From: an uncultured Bacilli bacterium
GTDB lineage: Bacteria; Bacillota_I; Bacilli_A; RF39; UBA660
Length of the DNA stretch: 27,967 nt
Assembly: GCA_947626095.1 (NCBI GenBank)
Contig: CANQQV010000019.1
Location: forward strand, 1-27,967
Direction: 5' to 3'
Shown here: positions 1 through 8,466 of the stretch, piece by piece
Layout: each line of letters opens with the position of its first letter
Position numbering within the stretch: position 1 is the stretch's first letter
Notes under the pieces: generated by a model
The model's database searches: none
Told to the model about the DNA's origin: nothing
What the model saw: only the letters and a program-made list of their open reading frames with translations
Made by a program: the position numbers and the translations under genes

Positions 1-92
1 TGCTAATCCCATATATACAAGACCTGCATCATATGTGTTTGGAGCTTGTTCTTCTGGCTTAGCAGCAGGTTTCTTATTATCTTCTGCTTTTG
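1..92 (-). repeat. 3' constant anchor block, copy 1 (partial)
   Basis: Matches the corresponding parts of 2187-2326, 4393-4532 and 5725-5864. Confidence 0.95.
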
Positions 93-1156
93 ATGGATTT
101 ACTGTTACTACACCATTTTCAGTTGTAGTTGTTGCATTTCCAACTAGATCTTTTTCTGCTTCAGCAGCTTTTGTTATTCTAGTTCCTTCTTTTACATCTC
201 CAACGATTGAACCAGTGAATTTTCCACCTGTAATCATATTTTTATGATTTGCTAAGAATTCTTCATTACGAATATGTAATGCTGGAAGTTGATTTCCTTT
301 AGCATCCTTACCAGATGTAATTTTTCCATCAGTAATTTTGTATGTTCCTTTTGATCCATCGAACCATACAGCTTCATTATTTTCACTTGCTGATGTAATT
401 TCTCCACCTGCAATTGTTAAAGCATTTGTGTATTTTCCTGTTGGATCTTTAACATATATAGCACTATTATTACCAGTAGCTTTTAAAGTACCTGCATTAA
501 CATTTAAAGTACCGTTTACTAACTTAAATACATATGCATTTGAAGTATAAGTACCACCATTAACATTAACTACTGATTTACCAGCATCTAATACTATTAA
601 AGCATTTGATGCGGTTAAAGCTGTTGCTTTAACATTAGCATTTAAGTTGATAGTTAAATTTTCATCTTTATTTGGTTCACATGCAACGATTTCATTAGCT
701 ATTTCCCATTTACCATTAATATTAACTACAGTTTGTTCTGTTGCATCATCAACTTTAACAACTGAATTAGTATTTAATGCGCCTTTAACAGTAACGTCAC
801 TTGCAAAAGTTAATGTTGATGCTTTGTCTTTTGAGTTTACTACAAAGTTTTGAGTATGTGTTGTAGTATCAATAGTACCATTTGTAATAGTCACATTAGC
901 ACCTTCAACTTTTAATATACCACCAGTACCCATTGTTAAAGTTTGTTCATTTAAGTTAATTGTTACATTTCTGTTAATTACTGTTGTAGTAGTAACATTA
1001 AATGTTTTTCCATCTAGTAATACTATTTCTGCAGTTTCATCTTCTTTAACGTCAGCAATAGCATCTTTTAAGTTATTAAAGCATTGATATTGTCTACTAC
1101 CTGAATAATCTACATAATACCAATGTCCACTACATTCGTCATGTTTAACTGGTTCT

Positions 1157-1188
1157 GCACTAACAGTAACTACTGATAGTAATATTGC
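1157..1188 (-). repeat. 32-bp 5' cassette-junction repeat, copy 1 (identity to copy 4 extends to 1208)
   Basis: gcactaacagtaactactgatagtaatattgc on + strand; identical at 3427, 5660, 6944; encodes AILLSVVTVS(A) on minus. Confidence 0.97.
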
Positions 1189-1208
1189 ACATAGTGCAAA
1201 TTAAGGAT

Positions 1209-1231
1209 AAAAAAAGAAGGATTAAACTTCT
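1209..1231 (-). terminator. Weak intrinsic terminator after Rpn-like gene 1
   Basis: Minus strand AGAAG-tttaatc-CTTCT followed by a T run, overlapping the stop codon. Confidence 0.45.
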
Positions 1232-2120
1232 ATAATATCGGCATACTAAGTCGTTTGGATAATTCTTCTTTAGTCATACCACTTGATAGTAATTTATTTA
1301 TGATATTATTTCTTTCTTCTTTTATACCGGCTTGACGTCCTTCTTTAATACCTGCCTGACGCCCGTCTTTAAGTCCTTGTCTACGAGTCTTTCTTAATAC
1401 TCTCTTTTCTATATTTCTAGCTAATTCCTCTTTTACACCTTCAAGGTACAAATTATAATCATATGTTGGAAGTTCGTCATCTAATGCTATTTCTTTTATT
1501 TTTTCCATTACTCTCACTCTCTTTCTATTATCTTTAGCATATGAAGCCATCTCTTTATAACTTCTAGTAGCAAACATAGCAAAATCTTTATATATATCAT
1601 TATCATTAGTATAACATAGCTTTTTAAATGCTGGTAAAAAAATATTAATAATTTCTATATCTTCAATTGTATCATTTAATTTTGTATCTCTTAATTTATA
1701 TCTACTCATTGGACATTTCATATTACCACGATAATAAAAACCATTAAAATTTATTTGAATAACTCGAATTTTACCTTCATATTTATTTATAACGTTTCTT
1801 TTATACATACCACCAGCTATTTTATATAAATAACTATTATTTTTATTATTAGTAATTTTTAAATTAATCGGATTTAACTCGATATTAATTTTAGTTTGTT
1901 TATCAGGTGACTCTAATAGGATATCTACCCTACTTGATATATCATTTACTCTATCTATTGGAATCTCATTCATTTTAAAAGAATAATTACTAATATCTAT
2001 ATCAACAATATATAATATTAAATTTCTAAAATAATCTTTAATAAGTTGGTCATCACTTTGCCACAATGTTTTAAATACAATATCCTGCATTAAGGATATA
2101 AATTTTAATTCTTTTCTCAA
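1230..2120 (-). CDS. Rpn family (PD-(D/E)XK nuclease/'transposase'-like) protein 1
   Basis: LMQDIVFKTLW N-terminal motif, RVDILL...INIELN catalytic-type motif, IQINF strand, C-terminal GxxxG repeats (GRQAGIKE x2) and short HTH-like tail; TTG start with GGGAGG RBS. Confidence 0.8.
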   Translation of the reverse strand: MRKELKFISLMQDIVFKTLWQSDDQLIKDYFRNLILYIVDIDISNYSFKMNEIPIDRVNDISSRVDILLESPDKQTKINIELNPINLKITNNKNNSYLYKIAGGMYKRNVINKYEGKIRVIQINFNGFYYRGNMKCPMSRYKLRDTKLNDTIEDIEIINIFLPAFKKLCYTNDNDIYKDFAMFATRSYKEMASYAKDNRKRVRVMEKIKEIALDDELPTYDYNLYLEGVKEELARNIEKRVLRKTRRQGLKDGRQAGIKEGRQAGIKEERNNIINKLLSSGMTKEELSKRLSMPIL

Positions 2121-2142
2121 GGAAATAATCCTCCCTTCACTT

Positions 2143-2174
2143 TAATTATTCGCGATTGAAAGCCTATTTCCTTT
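2143..2174 (-). promoter_or_regulatory. SigH-like promoter motif upstream of Rpn-like gene 1
   Basis: Minus: AAAGGAAAT-11 nt-CGCGAATAATTA, resembling the SigH consensus AGGAWW-N11/12-GAAT; recurs at 4349-4380 and 20945-20976. Confidence 0.6.
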
Positions 2175-2186
2175 ATTTTTTATTTA

Positions 2187-2326
2187 ATTTCTTAATTTTC
2201 TAACAGAAACAACACTTGCACCGATTGCACTTAATGCTAATCCCATATATACAAGACCTGCATCATATGTGTTTGGGGCTTGTTCGTCTGGTTTAGCAGC
2301 TGGTTTCTTATCGTCTTCTGCTTTTG
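2187..2326 (-). repeat. 3' constant anchor block, copy 2 (140 bp)
   Basis: 2187-2276 (90 bp) is identical to the copies at 4393 and 5725, including silent sites; the remainder has a few substitutions. Confidence 0.95.
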
Positions 2327-3426
2327 TTGAAACTACTACTTTGTATGGATCTTCAGTTTTAACTGTGTAACCTTCAGCTACTAATTGATTAGTAACATCA
2401 ACAGTACCACCTTCAGTATCAACAACTTTAGCAATAATATTAGTTAAATATTTACCACCTGTTAAGATACCTTTAATTGCTGGAACAACAGTTGTTACAC
2501 CATCTTCTGTTTTAGTGAATGCGCCATCTAACTCAATTGCTGCTTTCATATTTTTACTGCTTTCAAAAGTACCATCAGTAATTTTATAAACAGCTTTTGT
2601 ATTGTTTGAATATATTGCATATGCAGTTTCACTAGCAATAGTTCCACCATTAACAGTTAATTTAGTCGCATCAGTTGTACCATTAACTATAATAGCGCCA
2701 TTACCTTTTGCGTATAAATCACCACTTGTTACAACTAATTCAGCACCATTAACTCTAGCAACAGCTTGATCACTATTAATAGTAGCACCATTAACAGTAA
2801 CAACAACGCCACCAGTTAGTGTCATTGCTTCTGCAGCTGTAGTATAAGTACCATTAACAGATACTGTTGATGCAGGATTTATTTTTGTAGCAGCAGCTGT
2901 TGAAGACATTACAGATACAATTGATGATACATTATATTTACCATTTAATGTAGCTTTAGCACCAGCTTTTGCTGTATATAAAACTTGTGCATTTGGTAAA
3001 TTGAAATCAGCACCTGTAACATCAGCAGTTCCTTCATTTACAATTATTTGATGAGTATAAGCTCCTGTCATTTTTAAGTTTTGTAAACTTAAACTACCAC
3101 CAACATTAACATAGAATGGTTGATAACTACTATCGTTAACAACTAATTCACCGTTTTTAACAGTTAACTTAGCATCTTTAGCAACATTATATTGACCAGA
3201 ACTAGCTGTAAGTTTATGACCATTCAAATCAATAGTTAATGTTTTAGTAATGCTTTTAACATCTCCTAAACTAGCATCAGCATATAGTGTTATTGTACCG
3301 CCGTCATTATAAGCAGCTGTCCAAGCATTACCTTGTAATAAGAAACCTCTGTCGCCAACTTTAGCAGTACAATCATTAGTTTCTTTAGCTGTTTTACCAT
3401 CAGCTGGTAATTCACATTCACCGGCT

Positions 3427-3458
3427 GCACTAACAGTAACTACTGATAGTAATATTGC
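3427..3458 (-). repeat. 32-bp 5' cassette-junction repeat, copy 2
   Basis: Exact match to the other three copies; similarity stops abruptly at 3459. Confidence 0.97.
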
Positions 3459-3467
3459 TTTAATATT

Positions 3468-4331
3468 TTATAGTATTGGCATACTAAGTCTTTTAGATAA
3501 CTCTTCTTTAGTCATACCACTTGATAATAATTTATTTATAATATTTGTTCTTTCTTCTTTTATTCCTTCTTTAATGCCTTCTTCACGACCATCTTCTCTT
3601 ATACTCTTTTCAACTGCTTTACGATAAGCTATACGCATAGCTTCTGTTTCATAATCTTCATTATCAATAATTCTTTTTTCTAAATCTTTCATTACACTTT
3701 CCCTTTCTTTATTACCTTGAATATATTTTTTCATTTCTTTAAAACTTTGAGCTGTAAACATTTTATAGTCTAATAGTTCTTCTGCATTTTTATTATAGCA
3801 TATATTAGATAATATTGGTAAATAAATATTAATTATTCTTATATTTTTTAAACTTCTATTACCTATTTTATTTTGAATACTATATTCATCAATATCTAAT
3901 TTGTTATATTCTTTATCAGCAAAAGCATTAATATTTACTTGGTCGATTAAGATATCTTTAGCATAGAAACTATCGCCTCGATTATAGAAATTACCAGCTA
4001 TTTTATGTAAATAAAATACATTACGTTTTAACCAATATCTTTTATCAACTCTATTTATTTCAATATTTAGTTTTCTTGATTTATCTTTAGATACTAAAAG
4101 AAAATCTAGTCGATTATCTTGACTGATAACTTTATCAGCAACTATTTCATTGTAATATAAATTAAAATTTCTAATATCATAACCGACAATTCGCTTAATA
4201 ACACGATTAATAAATTTTATAGTATTTGGTCCACCATTAAGCCATAAATATTTTAATACACGATCTTCAGTAAGAGGATGAAAATCATAGAACTCTAGTT
4301 TTATTTCTTTGGGAATATTTTGATTATTCAT
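3468..4331 (-). CDS. Rpn family (PD-(D/E)XK nuclease/'transposase'-like) protein 2
   Basis: PLTEDRVLKYLW, RLDFLL...LNIEIN, DGREEGIKEGIKEE repeats; same C-terminal tail as protein 1; ATG with GGGAGG RBS. Confidence 0.8.
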   Translation of the reverse strand: MNNQNIPKEIKLEFYDFHPLTEDRVLKYLWLNGGPNTIKFINRVIKRIVGYDIRNFNLYYNEIVADKVISQDNRLDFLLVSKDKSRKLNIEINRVDKRYWLKRNVFYLHKIAGNFYNRGDSFYAKDILIDQVNINAFADKEYNKLDIDEYSIQNKIGNRSLKNIRIINIYLPILSNICYNKNAEELLDYKMFTAQSFKEMKKYIQGNKERESVMKDLEKRIIDNEDYETEAMRIAYRKAVEKSIREDGREEGIKEGIKEERTNIINKLLSSGMTKEELSKRLSMPIL

Positions 4332-4348
4332 TAATTACCTCCCTACTT

Positions 4349-4380
4349 TAATTATTCGTGATTGAAAGCTTATTTCCTTT
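4349..4380 (-). promoter_or_regulatory. SigH-like promoter motif upstream of Rpn-like gene 2
   Basis: Minus: AAAGGAAAT-11 nt-CACGAATAATTA; near-identical to 2143-2174. Confidence 0.6.
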
Positions 4381-4392
4381 ATTTTTTATTAA

Positions 4393-4532
4393 ATTTCTTA
4401 ATTTTCTAACAGAAACAACACTTGCACCGATTGCACTTAATGCTAATCCCATATATACAAGACCTGCATCATATGTGTTTGGAGCTTGTTCTTCTGGTTT
4501 AGCAGCTGGTTTCTTATTATCTTCTGCTTTTG
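4393..4532 (-). repeat. 3' constant anchor block, copy 3 (140 bp)
   Basis: Direct comparison with the other copies. Confidence 0.95.
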
Positions 4533-5659
4533 TTGAAACTACTACTTTGTAGTTACCTTCTTCTTTTACTGTGTAACCTTCTGCAACTAAATCATCAGTA
4601 GCATCATAATTTGCACCACTTACAGTATTTTTTATAACACCGATAATATTATTCAAATATCTACCACCAGTTATAATATCTTTTTGATCAGCAATTAGTT
4701 TACCAGTTTTTACATCAAAGAATGCAGTATCTAGACTAATAGCAGCAGCATCTTTATCACCTTTAGCTTCATAAGTACCACCAGCTAAAACATATTTAGC
4801 TTTTGCATTTCTAAGTAATAAAGCATGTCTTCCAGTAAGTGTAGAAACTAATGTACCACCATTAACAGTTAATGAAGCAGTATCAGCAGTACCTTCAGTT
4901 TGTACTGGAGCACCATTTGAAGTTAAAGTACCACCATTAATAGTAACTTTAGCATTATATAACATAATTACATTAACAGCAGGAGCACCTTCTCCTGGTT
5001 TAGTATTAAATGTACCGCCATTGATTGTAACATTCATACCTTTGTCAGCTTGAATAGCAGTAGCAGTAGTAGTATATGTACCACCATTAACTATTACTTT
5101 TGCATCAGCTTCATTATAACCTTTATTATAACTACTTGCAGGACGAACAACAGTAGTAGCATCTACTTTACCATTTAATGTAACTGTAGAATTAGGTAAA
5201 ACATCTATAGCTACATGACCAGTACTATCAACTGTAGTATTAGCACCAACTGTTAATTCACCAGCAACAGTTGCTAAACCATTAGTAGTAGCAGTAACGT
5301 TTGTAGCATTTAAAACAAATTTACCACCTTTATTAACTGTAAACGCTTTTGCAACAACTACATTTTTAGCATTAATAGTTAATGAACCACCATCAGCAAC
5401 AGTTAATACACTAGAAGCTCCACCTAAAGTTAATTTAGCATCACCATACATATTGATAGTTACGTTCTTATCGATAGTTACATTTGAACCTGTTGCTATT
5501 GTTGCATCGTCATAGAATGTAACATTCTTACCATTAGTAAGTGCATCATTATATGCATCAAGAGCGCTACCATAACCTTCACCATCGATAGATGCATGAC
5601 ATGCATTATGTACTGTAAGATCATCAGGACTAAGCGTACAACCTGGTTGGGTATTAGCT

Positions 5660-5691
5660 GCACTAACAGTAACTACTGATAGTAATATTGC
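5660..5691 (-). repeat. 32-bp 5' cassette-junction repeat, copy 3
   Basis: Exact match; shares 5 further bases (acata) with copies 1 and 4. Confidence 0.97.
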
Positions 5692-5724
5692 ACATACTTT
5701 GTTTTCTTAAATCAATAATTAGTT

Positions 5725-5864
5725 ATTTCTTAATTTTCTAACAGAAACAACACTTGCACCGATTGCACTTAATGCTAATCCCATATATACAAGACCTGCA
5801 TCATATGTGTTTGGAGCTTGTTCTTCTGGCTTAGCAGCAGGTTTCTTATCGTTTTCTGCTTTTG
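5725..5864 (-). repeat. 3' constant anchor block, copy 4 (140 bp)
   Basis: Direct comparison with the other copies. Confidence 0.95.
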
Positions 5865-6943
5865 ATGGATTTACTGTTACTACACCATTTTCAGTAGTTG
5901 TTGTTGCGTTACCAACTAAAATTGCTGTTGCAGCTGCAGATCTTGTCCAAGTATCTGTTGCAGCATCAGTTTGAACATCACCAACTATTGCACCAGTAAA
6001 TGATCCACCACTTATCATATTAGCATGATTTGCTAAGAATGTTTGTGAAGCAATGTATAATGCTGGTAGTTGTTTTTTATCTTTTTTACCAGAAGTAAAT
6101 GTTCCACCAGTAATACTATAAGTACCAGTTTCTTCACCAGTTCCACTACCAAAATATAAAGCATATTTGCCATCAGTTTTTGTAGTAATATTACCAGCTG
6201 AAATATTTAATGTAGTAGTTAGGTTTTGACCAGGTTTTTCAACAACTATAGCATGTCCACCATTAGCTGTTAAATCTCCACCTTTAACATTTAAAGTACC
6301 ATTCTTAACCATAAAGACTGATTTATTAGATGTATAAGTACCACCTAATACATTAACTGTTGAAGTACCAGCATCAACTGCTACTAAATAATCAGATTGT
6401 AGGTCAGTAGCTTTAACATTAGCATTTAAATTTACAGTTAATTTTTCATCTAATCCATTACTACATGCAACAATTTCATGTTTAACTGTCCAAGTACCAT
6501 TAATATTAACAACGGTTGTATTAGATGCATTAGCAATTTGAATAGCTGATGTAGCATAGTAAGTTGCATTAACTGTAACGTCACTAGCAATTGTCAATGT
6601 AGATGCTTTTTCAGATGAATCAACAACGATATGTCCTTGATTAGCAATTAAATCTAGTTTACCATTCTTAATAGTAACATTAGCACCTTTTACTGTAACA
6701 TTTTGAGTACCAGTTACAGGTGTTGTAAGTTTATGACCATTTAAATTGATAGTTATATCTTTAGTAATATTTACTGGTCCACCTATAACCATATCTTTTA
6801 AAAGAACTAATTCACCATTTTCATTTTCTTCTAATGAATTTAATGCATTAGTAACATTATTACCACAAGTATATGTTCCGTTTCCATGATCTAAATACAA
6901 ATAGTTATTTGAACATCTACTAGGGCTGTCTACAGTACTTTCA

Positions 6944-6975
6944 GCACTAACAGTAACTACTGATAGTAATATTGC
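6944..6975 (-). repeat. 32-bp 5' cassette-junction repeat, copy 4 (52-bp identity with copy 1, to 6995)
   Basis: Exact match; the extension contains the palindrome TTGCAC-ata-GTGCAA. Confidence 0.97.
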
Positions 6976-6996
6976 ACATAGTGCAAATTAAGGATT

Positions 6997-7023
6997 AAAA
7001 AAAAGTAATGTTTCCATTACTTT
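6997..7023 (-). terminator. Intrinsic terminator at the upstream boundary of the array
   Basis: AAAGTAATG-4 nt-CATTACTTT hairpin with T8 run on minus, overlapping the oxidoreductase stop. Confidence 0.7.
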
Positions 7024-8411
7024 CTTGCTAAGATATCTCTAGCAGCGACTAAACCGGTAGCAGCCGCAGTAACTATGTTACCAGCCTTGCCGGCACCGTC
7101 ACCAATAAAATAGATATTATTATCTTTAACTCTAAATTTATTATCAGTTTCAATTTCATTACTAAAGAATTTTATCTCAGGGCCATATAATAAAGTATCA
7201 TCATTAGCGACACCTGGTATTATTTTATCTAAAGTTTCTAAACCTTCTAAGATATTAGTTATAATACGATGTGGTAAAACTAAAGCTAAATCACCAGCTA
7301 CACAATCTTTTAAAGTTGGTTCAATAAAGCCTTTATTAATACGATGCCATTCACTTCTTCTTCCCTGTTTTAAATCTTTAAGTGATTGAATAATTGGTTT
7401 ACCATCACCTAAAACATTAGCAATTCGAGCGATAGATTCACCATATAATCTTGTATTAGTAACTGGCTCAGTTAAATTAACTTTTGAAATAAAAGCAAAA
7501 TTCGTATTATTACTTTTAATTTCTTTTAAAGCATGGCCATTAACACAAATAAAACCATAATAGTTTTCTTTAGCGACAAAGCCACCTGGATTAGTACAGA
7601 ATGTTCTTATTTCATCACCATATGTTTTAGTTTTAATGAAGATAGTTGGATCATAAATAATATTAGTGATTTCTTCCATTATGTCTTTTCTTACTTCAAC
7701 ACGTACACCTATTTCAATACTTTGAGATAGATAAGGAATATTAAGTTTATCAGCTAATTCTTGAATCCATTTAGCACCTGTTCTACCTGGAGCAACAACA
7801 ACTTTCTTGGTTTTTAAAGTAGTTTCTTTTTCACCAGTTAAATATGTAACTTCGTGGTCATTTTCACTGATTGTTTTAATTTCTGTGACATCAGCACGAT
7901 CAATTAAGGTTACCCCTTCTTTAGTTAAATATTCACAAATACCTTCGATATATTCTGGTAAATGGTCACTACCTAAGTGTTTTTGTTTGATTACAAGTAA
8001 TTTAGCACCAGCTATAGCGACTTTTCTTTTTATTTCATTAGCTTCAGCCATATTACTTGGATATATTTCAGCATCCATCTTAAATTTATTAAAGATTTCT
8101 TCAGTTTCATCAATTAGTTTATAGCTTTCAGATTCACTCATGTATTTAGTTAAGTCACTTTTACCTAGACGAGGAATAAAGTTTAATTTACCATCAGAGA
8201 AAGTCCCTGCACCACCATAACCAGATAGAATATTACATGGATTACAGTTTTGACATGGAATACCTAGTTTGTTCATTGGGCATACTCTTTTAGAAACTCT
8301 AAAACCACGATCTAAAATAGCTATTTTTAATTTTTTATTATTATTTATTAATTCATAAGCACAGAATAAACCAGCAGGTCCTGCACCTACGATTACAACG
8401 TCATATTTCAT
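7017..8411 (-). CDS. NAD(P)/FAD-dependent oxidoreductase with N-terminal Cys cluster
   Basis: VIVGAGPAG Rossmann motif, CPx7Cx2Cx2C, GGAGTFSDGKL, C-terminal YFIGDGAG; ATG at 8411 has AAGGAGG RBS (ORF track starts 2 codons earlier). Confidence 0.88.
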   Translation of the reverse strand: MKYDVVIVGAGPAGLFCAYELINNNKKLKIAILDRGFRVSKRVCPMNKLGIPCQNCNPCNILSGYGGAGTFSDGKLNFIPRLGKSDLTKYMSESESYKLIDETEEIFNKFKMDAEIYPSNMAEANEIKRKVAIAGAKLLVIKQKHLGSDHLPEYIEGICEYLTKEGVTLIDRADVTEIKTISENDHEVTYLTGEKETTLKTKKVVVAPGRTGAKWIQELADKLNIPYLSQSIEIGVRVEVRKDIMEEITNIIYDPTIFIKTKTYGDEIRTFCTNPGGFVAKENYYGFICVNGHALKEIKSNNTNFAFISKVNLTEPVTNTRLYGESIARIANVLGDGKPIIQSLKDLKQGRRSEWHRINKGFIEPTLKDCVAGDLALVLPHRIITNILEGLETLDKIIPGVANDDTLLYGPEIKFFSNEIETDNKFRVKDNNIYFIGDGAGKAGNIVTAAATGLVAARDILARK

Positions 8412-8437
8412 ATTCAAACCTCCTTAAGTATTTTACC

Positions 8438-8466
8438 AAAAAAAAGACTATTCTACTAGTCTTTTC
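8438..8466 (-). terminator. Intrinsic terminator after giant sigma gene
   Basis: AAAAGACTA-6 nt-TAGTCTTTT hairpin with T run on minus. Confidence 0.6.

Larger units (their letters stand above)
1..1200 (-). pseudogene. Silent surface-protein cassette 1 (start-less, subfamily A; 3' end runs off the window)
   Basis: Hand translation: 400 open codons from 1200 to 1, preceded by in-frame TAA (1201-1203). Reads FALCAILLSVVTVSA-EPVKHDECSGHWYYVDYSGSRQYQCF...VTVNPSKAEDNKKPAAKPEEQAPNTYDAGLVYMGLA. First in-frame ATG is only at 933. Clearly homologous to cassette 4. Absent from the ORF track because it is edge-truncated. Confidence 0.85.
2184..3467 (-). pseudogene. Silent surface-protein cassette 2 (start-less, subfamily B)
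   Basis: Frame is open from 3467 (*NIKAILLSVVTVSA-AGECELPADGKTAKETNDCTAK...) with no ATG/GTG/TTG until the internal TTG at 3227 used by the ORF track. xxNGGT/ITGG beta-strand repeats; C-terminal APNTYD + TM + RKLRN. Confidence 0.85.
4348..5706 (-). pseudogene. Silent surface-protein cassette 3 (start-less, subfamily B; stop read-through tail)
   Basis: Open from 5706 (*ENKVCAILLSVVTVSA-ANTQPGCTLSPDDLTVHNACHAS...); first ATG is internal (5451). Same anchor block; TTA where cassette 2 has TAA adds 14 residues. Confidence 0.85.
5719..6987 (-). pseudogene. Silent surface-protein cassette 4 (start-less, subfamily A)
   Basis: Open from 6987 after in-frame TAA (6988-6990): FALCAILLSVVTVSA-ESTVDSPSRCSNNYLYLDHGNGTYTCG...; the ORF-track start (TTG 6900) lies downstream of the signal-peptide remnant and has no RBS. 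Confidence 0.85.

Noticed and set aside
1160-1192. ATG inside the extended repeat (ctATGtgc) as the cassette start
   Set aside because: It is out of frame, gives only MCNITISSYC*, has no RBS and is absent from copy 2.
3459-3470. Rpn2-cassette 2 read-through fusion (same frame, single TAA)
   Set aside because: Rpn1 and cassette 1 are not in frame, so this is probably chance (1 in 3).
1230-4331. Rpn-like genes as IS elements
   Set aside because: No terminal inverted repeats or target-site duplications; the family's 'transposase' label is not backed by demonstrated transposition.
2184-6900. ORF-track starts (3227 TTG, 5451 ATG, 6900 TTG) as true starts
   Set aside because: They are at non-homologous positions, lack RBSs and lie downstream of the in-frame signal-peptide remnant.
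1157-6975. 32-bp direct repeats as a CRISPR array
   Set aside because: Spacing is 1.3-2.3 kb, the repeat is in-frame coding sequence, and no cas genes are present.
1-6995. Integron, shufflon or DGR interpretation
   Set aside because: No attC-like hairpins, integrase or reverse transcriptase in the window; all sites are in direct orientation, so no local inversion. A partner outside the window cannot be excluded.
6997-7004. A7/A8 tracts upstream of cassettes 1 and 4 as slipped-strand phase-variation switches
   Set aside because: An in-frame TAA lies between tract and cassette, so slippage cannot restore translation; they fit terminator U-tracts.
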